Source: Bacteroidales bacterium (GTDB taxonomy: Bacteria; Bacteroidota; Bacteroidia; Bacteroidales; UBA932). Taken from it: DNA of 64,000 bases. Both the position numbers and the translations under genes were made by a program. Positions within the stretch are counted from its first letter, which is position 1. Every line of letters starts with the position of its first letter. The stretch spans positions 1,207-65,206 of the forward strand of contig JAQVTG010000005.1 in the NCBI GenBank assembly GCA_028700155.1, read 5' to 3'. Of the stretch, positions 56,982 through 64,000 are shown piece by piece. The notes beneath the pieces were generated by a model. The model was not told where the DNA came from. It searched no databases and saw nothing but the letters and a program-made list of their open reading frames with translations.

Positions 56982-57551
56982 ATGAACAAACTCTTTGTCA
57001 TCTCAGGTTGTAACGGGGCGGGTAAAACTACTGCTTCCTACACGATTTTACCTGAAATGTTAAAGTGTAAGGAGTATGTGAATGCAGACGAGATAGCACG
57101 TGGAATATCCCCTTTTAAACCGGAGACAGTTGCGATACAGGCGGGAAAGATTATGCTTCAACGTATTAGGGAGCTCATTGCCAACGGCACAGATTTTGCA
57201 CTTGAAACTACGTTAGCCACAAGGACTCATGCCAAGATGATCAGGTTTGCCCAGGATAACGGTTACGTGGTGACACTGGTTTTTTTTTGGCTGAATATGC
57301 CCGGACTTGCTATCGAACGGGTTAAGATGAGAGTGGCCACAGGAGGGCACAATATTGATGAGAAAGTAATTAAAAGAAGATATGATCTGGGGATTAAAAA
57401 TCTGTTTACACTCTACATACCTTTATGTGAGTACTGGATGATAATCAACAACTCAACCATACCTTCGGAGCTTATTGCCGAGGGGGGTAAAAAACTAGAA
57501 CCAAAAATTTATAACAAACAAACCTACAACAAATTATTAAATCATGGGTGA
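56982..57551 (+). CDS. Zeta-toxin-like / COG4185-type P-loop kinase
   Basis: Walker A GCNGAGKTT followed by YVNADEIAR (Asp/Arg as in zeta/PezT-type kinases). About 190 aa. The ATG at 56982 is preferred over the TTG at 56973. Confidence 0.65.
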   Translation: MNKLFVISGCNGAGKTTASYTILPEMLKCKEYVNADEIARGISPFKPETVAIQAGKIMLQRIRELIANGTDFALETTLATRTHAKMIRFAQDNGYVVTLVFFWLNMPGLAIERVKMRVATGGHNIDEKVIKRRYDLGIKNLFTLYIPLCEYWMIINNSTIPSELIAEGGKKLEPKIYNKQTYNKLLNHG

Positions 57552-57699
57552 GACTGAGACAAAAGAACTCAGAGATAACATTCTCAGCGGTTTAGACATC
57601 TCCTTTCAACGGCTGATTCAGGAAAAGAAGAAGAGTAATGCAGAACTGGTCTTTTCCAATAAAGGAAAAGTTGTAAAAGTGAAAGCTAAAGAGCTTTAA
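57544..57699 (+). CDS. 51-aa hypothetical small protein overlapping the 3' end of the zeta-like kinase gene by 8 nt
   Basis: Hand translation gives MGETETKELRDNILSGLDISFQRLIQEKKKSNAELVFSNKGKVVKVKAKEL-stop. A strong terminator follows 40 nt downstream. It is below the ORF-track cutoff. Confidence 0.4.
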   Translation: MGETETKELRDNILSGLDISFQRLIQEKKKSNAELVFSNKGKVVKVKAKEL

Positions 57700-57738
57700 C
57701 AAGACGCCAATAATTGAGACATAAGCTGATGATGTCCT

Positions 57739-57779
57739 AAATGCTGTCCGGTGTAAAACAGGGCAGCATTTTTAATTTT
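57739..57779 (+). terminator. Rho-independent terminator closing the TIGR02757 / zeta-like / small-ORF unit
   Basis: An 11-bp stem (AAATGCTGTCC ... GGGCAGCATTT, with one G-U pair) followed by TTTTAATTTT. Confidence 0.75.
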
Positions 57780-57827
57780 CTGCAGGCTTTTTATTTACCG
57801 CCGTGATTGCGGCTTAATAATTTTTGT

Positions 57828-57835
57828 TAAATTTG
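57828..57835 (+). promoter_or_regulatory. -7 promoter box (TAAATTTG) for tRNA-Gly
   Basis: Matches TAnnTTTG and ends 10 nt before the mature tRNA 5' end. Confidence 0.55.
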
Positions 57836-57845
57836 CAGTCCGTTT

Positions 57846-57918
57846 GCGGTAGTAGCTCAGTTGGTAGAGCATCAGCTTCCCAAGCTGAGGGTCGCGAGTT
57901 CGAACCTCGTTTACCGCT
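57846..57918 (+). tRNA. tRNA-Gly (anticodon CCC)
   Basis: Hand-folded cloverleaf. Acceptor GCGGTAG/TTACCGC; D-arm AGCTCAGTTGGTAGAGC; anticodon stem TCAGC/GCTGA with loop TTCCCAA; T-arm GCGAG-TTCGAAC-CTCGT. 73 nt, with no encoded CCA. Confidence 0.9.
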
Positions 57919-57931
57919 CAAAAAACAAGCC

Positions 57932-58285
57932 ATGAATAAATTAACAATCCTGGTTGTATTGGCTGTTTTGCATTCTTCAATGCTTTTCTCACAAAAGCGA
58001 CAGATTGCGCCTCAGTTTCCCGGAGGGGTTGCTAATTTAAAAGAACAGCTTACAAGAAATCTCAGAAGAGAATTTAAGGATTTTGAAGATCATCCCCAAA
58101 CTTTAAGAATCAATTTTTCTGTCACAGAAAAAGGGAAATCATTCAATGGAACTGCACCCGGATTTATTGATCAGAAAGTTCAGAAAAAAATTGCCAGGGC
58201 TGTTCGCAGACTTCCAAGGTTTAAACCAGGTAAGGCTGATGGAATAGCAATCACAAGCGATGTTAGTATTGAAATTGAACTATGA
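57932..58285 (+). CDS. Small secreted TonB-C-terminal-like domain protein
   Basis: Signal peptide MNKLTILVVLAVLHSSMLFSQ followed by the PQFPGG motif typical of TonB_C-like domains. The ORF-track start at 57824 would read through the tRNA gene and is rejected. Confidence 0.6.
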   Translation: MNKLTILVVLAVLHSSMLFSQKRQIAPQFPGGVANLKEQLTRNLRREFKDFEDHPQTLRINFSVTEKGKSFNGTAPGFIDQKVQKKIARAVRRLPRFKPGKADGIAITSDVSIEIEL

Positions 58286-58334
58286 TCAGACAACTTTTTG
58301 ACATCATAGCTGTTTGTATTATATAAAATTGGAG

Positions 58335-58342
58335 TACTTTTG
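58335..58342 (+). promoter_or_regulatory. -7 promoter box (TACTTTTG) for slyD
   Basis: Matches TAnnTTTG, 38 nt upstream of the ATG at 58381. Confidence 0.45.
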
Positions 58343-58380
58343 TAAATTATTATAAGAATTATACCAATAAAACAAGTAAA

Positions 58381-58908
58381 ATGAAAATTGACGCAAACAA
58401 AGTTGTTGCATTGTCATACACTTTAAAAGTAGATGGGGATGTGATGGAGACAGTAACTGCAGACAAACCCATGGAGTTTATATTTGGGACAGGTTATCTG
58501 CTCCCGAAATTTGAAGATAATGTTTTTGGCAAATCTGCCGGAGATGCTTTTGAATTTGTCCTTACATCAAAGGAGGGCTATGGAGAGGTCAATCCTGACG
58601 CCATAGTTGAATTGCCAAAAGATCTGTTTATGATTGACGGGAAAATAGAAGATGGTCTTCTTACTTTGGGAAATGTACTTCCAATGCAGGATTCTGACGG
58701 GAACAGACTTCAGGGCACTATAGAAGAGATAAAGGAAGATGTGGTAGTCATGAACTTCAACCATCCCCTTGCCGGATCCGATCTTCATTTCACAGGCAGT
58801 GTTGTATCTGTAAGAGAGGCAACAGCAAGCGAACTCACCAACGGTCTTTACGGGGAGAAATCTTCATGCAGCACCGGTGATTGTTCTGGTTGCAGCGGAT
58901 GCCACTAA
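58381..58908 (+). CDS. slyD: FKBP-type peptidyl-prolyl cis-trans isomerase, SlyD-like, with a Cys-rich tail
   Basis: VVALSYTLKVDG...EFIFGTGYLLPKFE, an IF-domain insert, NHPLAG..L.F...V, and the C-terminal CSTGDCSGCSGCH. Confidence 0.85.
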   Translation: MKIDANKVVALSYTLKVDGDVMETVTADKPMEFIFGTGYLLPKFEDNVFGKSAGDAFEFVLTSKEGYGEVNPDAIVELPKDLFMIDGKIEDGLLTLGNVLPMQDSDGNRLQGTIEEIKEDVVVMNFNHPLAGSDLHFTGSVVSVREATASELTNGLYGEKSSCSTGDCSGCSGCH

Positions 58909-58924
58909 GCAGAGATTTTTCAGA

Positions 58925-59947
58925 TCAAAAATTATCCAGAACTCTTGATAGGGGTACACTGTCCAGAGAGGCAGTGTATCCTTTTTTAAATTTATAATAA
59001 CCTGTTATTGCAATCATTGCTGCATTATCAGTTGTAAACTTAAACTCAGGGAGATAGTATTTCCAACCTCTTGCCAGACTTTCTGACACCACCCTCTCTC
59101 TCAATGCCGAGTTTGCAGAAACTCCCCCACCAAGTCCGATCTCGTTGATTCCGGTCTCCTTTACTGCCAGGATCAATTTCGCCATAAGAATATCGATCAG
59201 AGTCTGCTGAAATGAGGCACAAATATCATTGATATTTTTCTCTATAAAAGCCGGATCCTCTTTGATCCTGTCCCTTAGGAAATACAATAACGAGGTTTTG
59301 ACCCCGCTAAAGCTGTAATCCAGCCCTTTTACCACCGGTTTTGAAAACCGGAAAGCCTTTTTATTACCGCTTTTTGCCAGCCGGTCCACAACCGGTCCAC
59401 CCGGATAACCCAGACCGAGCAGTTTTGCACACTTATCAAAGGCTTCACCCACAGCATCATCAATTGTTTGTCCAATTATGGAAAAATTGAGATAATCATC
59501 TACCCTTACTATCTGGGTGTGTCCCCCCGACACCAGAAGGGCAAGAAATGGAAATGAGGGGTGTCCGCTCTTTTTTAAAGGATCTTTAATAAAGTGGGAG
59601 AGTAAATGTCCCTGCAGATGGTTCACATCAACAAGAGGCTTTCCAAGTGAAATTGCAAGGCCCTTTGCAAAAGAGACACCCACCAGCAGAGAGCCCAGCA
59701 GACCGGGTCCTCTTGTAAAGGCAATGGCATCTATCTCGCCGGGGCGCACTCCGGCTGACTGCAAAGCACTGTGAACAACCGGAACAATGTTCTGCTGATG
59801 TGCCCTTGATGCCAGTTCAGGAATTACACCTCCGTACCGGCTATGTACCTCCTGCCCCGCCATAATATTGGATAGCAGTATCTCATCCCTTATTACTGCA
59901 GCAGATGTGTCGTCGCAGGAGGATTCTATGCCAAGTATTGTTATCAT
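58925..59947 (-). CDS. tsaD: tRNA N6-adenosine threonylcarbamoyltransferase
   Basis: MITILGIESSCDDTSAAV...YGGVIPELASRAH...GPGLLGSLLVG...HLQGHL are Kae1/TsaD motifs. Confidence 0.93.
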   Translation of the reverse strand: MITILGIESSCDDTSAAVIRDEILLSNIMAGQEVHSRYGGVIPELASRAHQQNIVPVVHSALQSAGVRPGEIDAIAFTRGPGLLGSLLVGVSFAKGLAISLGKPLVDVNHLQGHLLSHFIKDPLKKSGHPSFPFLALLVSGGHTQIVRVDDYLNFSIIGQTIDDAVGEAFDKCAKLLGLGYPGGPVVDRLAKSGNKKAFRFSKPVVKGLDYSFSGVKTSLLYFLRDRIKEDPAFIEKNINDICASFQQTLIDILMAKLILAVKETGINEIGLGGGVSANSALRERVVSESLARGWKYYLPEFKFTTDNAAMIAITGYYKFKKGYTASLDSVPLSRVLDNF

Positions 59948-60006
59948 AGATTCAATTATTCCGCAAAAATGGCTCTTTTTTTTTCAAACCACTATATATA
60001 TTTGAT

Positions 60007-60014
60007 TAAATTTG
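60007..60014 (+). promoter_or_regulatory. -7 promoter box (TAAATTTG) for tamB
   Basis: Matches TAnnTTTG, 13 nt upstream of the proposed TTG start. Confidence 0.4.
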
Positions 60015-60027
60015 TAAATTAAAGGAA

Positions 60028-63000
60028 TTGCAGATTAAACTACTGAGAAAAATAGTGATAGCAATAGCAGCTGTTATGGGGATAACTGTGGCAGCATTGC
60101 TTATTGCCCTTCAGAATCCCTCGTTGCAGAGCAGGGTTGCGTCAGGCATAATTAAATCGGCAACAAAGAATTTTGATGGAAAGGTATCTGTGGGTCAGGT
60201 CTGCTATGTGTTCTTTAATGACCTGATCATTAAAGATTTTTCTGCAATTACAAGTGACAACGACACACTCGTTTGTTGCGAAAAGCTGTCAGTGAGTTTT
60301 TCGGCAAAGAATCTTATTGCAGGAAAATTGCGATTCAGAAGTGTTTACCTCTCAAACGGGATATTTAAACTGATAATCTACCCCGATTCTACAAATTCAA
60401 TCTCCAGGTTGCTTGGAAAAACCGGGGGAGAAAATATTCATACTGATAAGATTGAGGTTGATAAAAGCAAGGTAGATACAACAGATGCTACCGTCACATC
60501 AGAGTTTTTTCCGGACATCAGGGTAAGGAATCTCAAGATTGACAATATGGCCTTCTCATTTGTAAACCTTGTCAAAAAGGAGAACGGAGTAAAGAGGGAG
60601 AAGGGAATTGACTTCTCTGATCTTGAAATTGACAACATAAATCTGGAAGCTTCCGGGATAAGAAGAGATTCATCTGATCTGAGAGCAAATATTAAAGAGC
60701 TCTCTTTTGATGAAAAAAGCGGTTTCAGACTGCGTAAAATGAATTCAGAAGCCAGATTCGGCCGAAGGGGACTAACTCTTACCAATCTCTTTCTCAATGA
60801 CGGAATCTCTGAGATAAAATCAGAAAAGCTCTCCTTTATATACAGCTCCCTTTCTGCTTTCAACCATTTTACGGACAGTGTGATGATTCATGCCTCCCTG
60901 GACGACTCTTACATCAATCTTAAAACAATAGGGTACTTTGCCCCCTCCCTTCTCACAAACAATCTATCCTTTCGTGCAACCGGGATCCTCTCCGGAAGTG
61001 TAAACAATATCCGCACTGATAATCTGAGAATAACTTCCAAAAGCGGACTGACTTTTGCCGATGTAAAGGCCAGGATATCCGGACTCCCCATAATTGAGGA
61101 GACAATGGCTTTTATTGACATTGCTGCCCTGACAACCACGACCCCTGATATAGCCTCAATCCTGAACTCAATAAATCCTCTGAACAAAAATACATTCCTC
61201 TCAAAATTATCACCTCTTGTAAAATACAGCTTTACCGGGAGAATCGCGGGTCTTTTTACCGACTTTGTTGCCAACGGAGACCTCACTTCCAATATCGGCA
61301 ATATCTATATGGATGTTCTGCTCAGAGAGAGCCGAGAAGAACATGGGCTTGAGATAGAGGGCAAACTGGTGACGGATAATTTTAACATAGGAGAGCTTAT
61401 CCGGAACAAGAGCCTGGGTGAGATCACTCTCAGCAGCAATATGTCTGCTCTTTTAAGGGATGAGCAGAGCGGTGGCAGCAATTTTTACATAGACAGTATC
61501 CGGATTAAAAAAATTGAGTTCAACAAATACGCTTACAGTAATATCTACTCTGTAGGCAGTTATGTTAATAACCGTTTTGACGGAAGGATAATCTGCCATG
61601 ATCCCAACCTGGATTTCATATTTCAGGGGGTAATCGGACACTCTAACAAAGAGGATTCCTACTATGATTTTTATGCCGATGTAATTCATGCAGATCTGGC
61701 AGCGATAAATTTTGATAAAAGAGATACCGTTTCTACAGTAAGCTTCAGAACACTTGCCAATTTCACAAGAAAAGCATCGGGAGACATTCTTGGGAATATC
61801 AGTGTCAAATCTCTGGATTACAGTAACAGAAACGGATTTTTTAATGTTGGGGATATCTCTATCAAATCTCTTTCCGGTACCAACAACTACTCTGTATCAC
61901 TCAACTCCTCCTTTGCAGATGCTACCTACACCGGCTCAGATTTTCTTACAACCTTTCTTAAGAGGATTACCGGCGCAACACTATCCAGACACCTTTCATT
62001 CCTTACAGATTCCAAAGAGACTTATAATGAGTCACAAAGAGAACATTACAACCTCAGTCTGAATTTCCATGACACAAAAGCTATTGCCCAGATGATACTT
62101 CCCGGGTTGAAAATCGCAGAGAAGAGCGCTCTTAAAATCAATATTTCGGAGGAGGGTAAATTGGAAATGAGTTATAAATCTGCAGAATCCGGATTTGGGA
62201 AAAATAGTGCAGAAGATATTGTTCTCTCTCTCTCTTCTGACCTTGAGCAGATAAAGGGAAGCGTGAGATCGTCAGGCGTCTCTGTATCGGGAATTCAAAC
62301 CGGATCTGTAGGTTTGGATCTCGCATCAGCATTAAACAAGGTATCACTGAGGGGTTTAATACGGAGCGGGAAAGAGGAGAAAAACAGCTTTAACCTATCC
62401 TCTGATATAAATATTGTCCTTGCAGAAGAAGATAGCTCCCTTATATATGAAATCAGACTTAATCCCGTAGAATTCAACATAAACAGCAATGTATGGCACC
62501 TCCCGGAATCGAGGATTACAATCCGCGACAGCTTATACGTCATAGAAGGATTTGCAATAAGCAACGGGGATCAGCATCTTTTTGCCGATGGCAGGATCTC
62601 ACCTCTGCAAACAGACACTCTTTCTCTGATAATAAACAAATTTGACATCTCCCCTGTTAACATGTTCCTCTCACTTCCATTTCCTGTAGAGGGAAGATTA
62701 TCCGGAAAAGCTGCAGTCAGTGAGGTGTTTGGAAATTTAAAACTGATAATGGATCTCAAAGCAGAAGAGATGAAGATCTCCTCTGAGGAATTCGGCAACC
62801 TTAAGATACTAAGCAGCTGGAACAGCAAAGACAAAAACTTTGATATTTCCCTCAAAAACAATCTCGGGAAGAGAGAGCCACTTACTGTAGAAGGTAAGTT
62901 TATCCCTTCATCTAAAAAACTTGACTTATATGGAAAGCTTGACAGCCTGAATGTTAACTATTTCGAACCGGTGTTTGAGGGTATTTTATCTAATCTCAGC

Positions 63001-64000
63001 GGCTCCTTATCGGGGAATTTAACTCTCAGCGGACCGGTCAGCGAATTAACTCTCAGCAGTGACAACAGCGTTGCAAATAAACTTGGATTTACTGTTGACT
63101 TTACCAACGTTCCCTATACTGTAGAGGGACCTCTTTTGCTTAATCCACAGGGGGTGACTGTCAATAATGCCACAGTAACTGACCGTTTCGGGAACAGGGG
63201 AAGAGTTAACGGGGGGCTTACATACAGCCATTTTAAAGATATGGGGCTAAATCTTAATATGAATGTAAGGAATATGGAGTGTCTGAACACATACCAGACA
63301 GAGAGCAGTGCTTTTTACGGCAGGGCCTTTGGTTCCGGCAGGGTTTCAATTTCAGGTCCATTCGACAAGGTTCTGCTGGATATTTCGCTAACCACTAACA
63401 AAAACACAGAGCTTCACATTCCACTTCAATCTACATCAGAGGCAGCCAACAGCGACCTGCTCCGTTTTGTCCCGTTCAACAGCCAGGAAGATGAGAGAGC
63501 CACAGAAACAAAAGTCACAGAGGAAGACTCTTTGAGGAAGAGCTCCTCAGACCTGATGGTAAAGTTCAGAGGAAATGTCACTCCGGATGCCGCTTTGATG
63601 ATTGAGATAGACAAATCAGTAGGTGATGTTATCACCGGATACGGGACCGGACTGATAACAATTGATGTGCAGCCTTCCAGAGACCTCTTTAATATTCAGG
63701 GTGACTACATAATTGAGAGCGGGTCCTACAAGTTTGTGCTTCAAGGTCTTTTCAACAGGGATTTCACTATTCAGGAGGGAGGCAATATCGGCTTTAACGG
63801 AGATATTATGAAAACAAACCTCAATCTCACCGCAAACTACAGAACCAAAGCCTCAATAAATACCCTTATCTCGGACACAAGTTCTGTAAGCAGCAGGAGA
63901 AATGTGGATTGTCTTATCAATCTTACAGGCCCGTTAATGAATCCCAATATTGGATTTGATATTCAGATTCCAGACCTGGACCCCCTTACAAAATCCAGGG
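60028..64000 (+). CDS. tamB: TamB-like translocation/assembly module protein (DUF490 type), partial - open at the window end
   Basis: Hand translation from TTG 60028 gives (M)QIKLLRKIVIAIAAVMGITVAALLIALQNPSLQSRVASGIIKSATKNFDGKVSVGQV, an N-terminal anchor followed by repetitive beta-rich sequence. The frame is still open at 64000 (..IQIPDLDPLTKSR), and the only other plus-strand ORF the track lists here (61754-62062) is in a different frame. The upstream in-frame stop is at 60007-60009, and the only ATG (60076) lies inside the TM helix. Confidence 0.75.
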   Translation, partial: MQIKLLRKIVIAIAAVMGITVAALLIALQNPSLQSRVASGIIKSATKNFDGKVSVGQVCYVFFNDLIIKDFSAITSDNDTLVCCEKLSVSFSAKNLIAGKLRFRSVYLSNGIFKLIIYPDSTNSISRLLGKTGGENIHTDKIEVDKSKVDTTDATVTSEFFPDIRVRNLKIDNMAFSFVNLVKKENGVKREKGIDFSDLEIDNINLEASGIRRDSSDLRANIKELSFDEKSGFRLRKMNSEARFGRRGLTLTNLFLNDGISEIKSEKLSFIYSSLSAFNHFTDSVMIHASLDDSYINLKTIGYFAPSLLTNNLSFRATGILSGSVNNIRTDNLRITSKSGLTFADVKARISGLPIIEETMAFIDIAALTTTTPDIASILNSINPLNKNTFLSKLSPLVKYSFTGRIAGLFTDFVANGDLTSNIGNIYMDVLLRESREEHGLEIEGKLVTDNFNIGELIRNKSLGEITLSSNMSALLRDEQSGGSNFYIDSIRIKKIEFNKYAYSNIYSVGSYVNNRFDGRIICHDPNLDFIFQGVIGHSNKEDSYYDFYADVIHADLAAINFDKRDTVSTVSFRTLANFTRKASGDILGNISVKSLDYSNRNGFFNVGDISIKSLSGTNNYSVSLNSSFADATYTGSDFLTTFLKRITGATLSRHLSFLTDSKETYNESQREHYNLSLNFHDTKAIAQMILPGLKIAEKSALKINISEEGKLEMSYKSAESGFGKNSAEDIVLSLSSDLEQIKGSVRSSGVSVSGIQTGSVGLDLASALNKVSLRGLIRSGKEEKNSFNLSSDINIVLAEEDSSLIYEIRLNPVEFNINSNVWHLPESRITIRDSLYVIEGFAISNGDQHLFADGRISPLQTDTLSLIINKFDISPVNMFLSLPFPVEGRLSGKAAVSEVFGNLKLIMDLKAEEMKISSEEFGNLKILSSWNSKDKNFDISLKNNLGKREPLTVEGKFIPSSKKLDLYGKLDSLNVNYFEPVFEGILSNLSGSLSGNLTLSGPVSELTLSSDNSVANKLGFTVDFTNVPYTVEGPLLLNPQGVTVNNATVTDRFGNRGRVNGGLTYSHFKDMGLNLNMNVRNMECLNTYQTESSAFYGRAFGSGRVSISGPFDKVLLDISLTTNKNTELHIPLQSTSEAANSDLLRFVPFNSQEDERATETKVTEEDSLRKSSSDLMVKFRGNVTPDAALMIEIDKSVGDVITGYGTGLITIDVQPSRDLFNIQGDYIIESGSYKFVLQGLFNRDFTIQEGGNIGFNGDIMKTNLNLTANYRTKASINTLISDTSSVSSRRNVDCLINLTGPLMNPNIGFDIQIPDLDPLTKSR

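Noticed and set aside
57824-57931. N-terminal extension of the ORF 57824-58285
   Set aside because: The extension is simply the translated tRNA-Gly gene (57846-57918). The real protein starts at ATG 57932 with a clean signal peptide.
57700-58300. tRNA-Gly as a possible genomic-island integration site
   Set aside because: There is no integrase, recombinase, phage or transposase gene on either side. I did not spot a direct repeat of the tRNA 3' half nearby, and flanking genes look like ordinary chromosomal genes.
60438-63635. Series of minus-strand ORFs, and the plus-strand ORF 61754-62062, inside the right-hand 4 kb
   Set aside because: All are out of frame with, or antisense to, one continuous TamB-like reading frame that stays open from 60010 to the window end. 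They are fragmented and low-complexity.

Overview
This is a gene-dense (roughly 90% or more coding) chromosomal segment that reads as core genome of a Bacteroidota, probably Bacteroidales-like, anaerobe. Three things support the phylum call. Many genes are preceded by the Bacteroidota -7 promoter box TAnnTTTG, and Shine-Dalgarno sequences are weak or absent. The gene content is also typical: DUF4492-cydAB, a 7-gene V-type ATPase with DUF2764, an LTD-OadG methylmalonyl-CoA decarboxylase, TamB, type-B L31 and a bS22-like micro-ORF. I support about 58 protein-coding genes, two of them open at the window edges (clpB at the left, tamB at the right). There is one tRNA-Gly(CCC), several rho-independent terminators and a set of promoter boxes. 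I found no rRNA, CRISPR array, transposase, integrase, phage genes or recognisable defence genes. Main blocks: clpB, queE, a C1 peptidase, pssA and a hybrid sensor kinase; rng, bS22-like and HU; lon and ung; DUF349, yidC and yggS; a DUF362/polyferredoxin pair divergent from DUF4492-cydAB; folD, ffh, tetR and lysA; a deoxyhypusine-synthase-like gene; DUF4301, pdxB, DUF721 (DciA) and recF; then a 20-kb plus-strand block with yebC, mce-mmdA-(LTD-OadG)-BCCP-mmdB (Na+-pumping methylmalonyl-CoA decarboxylase), ntpE-C-A-B-D-I-K (V-type ATPase with a Na+-binding c-ring signature), glmM, a NamZ-like gene, rpmE, and a TIGR02757/zeta-like kinase/small-ORF operon. I do not see a clear-cut novel accessory system. 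The best candidate for an undescribed system is the Tat-exported DUF362 protein with a 5-TM NapH::NapG-like fused polyferredoxin that carries an internal twin-arginine motif, next to cydAB. Secondary leads are an orphan deoxyhypusine-synthase-like enzyme with an intact catalytic Lys, a reversed-order zeta-like kinase/small-ORF pair, a natively N-domain-less ClpB, an unlisted bS22-like 30-aa ORF, and the juxtaposed Na+ pump and Na+ V-ATPase. All functional calls come from my reading of the translated motifs. No database search was run.
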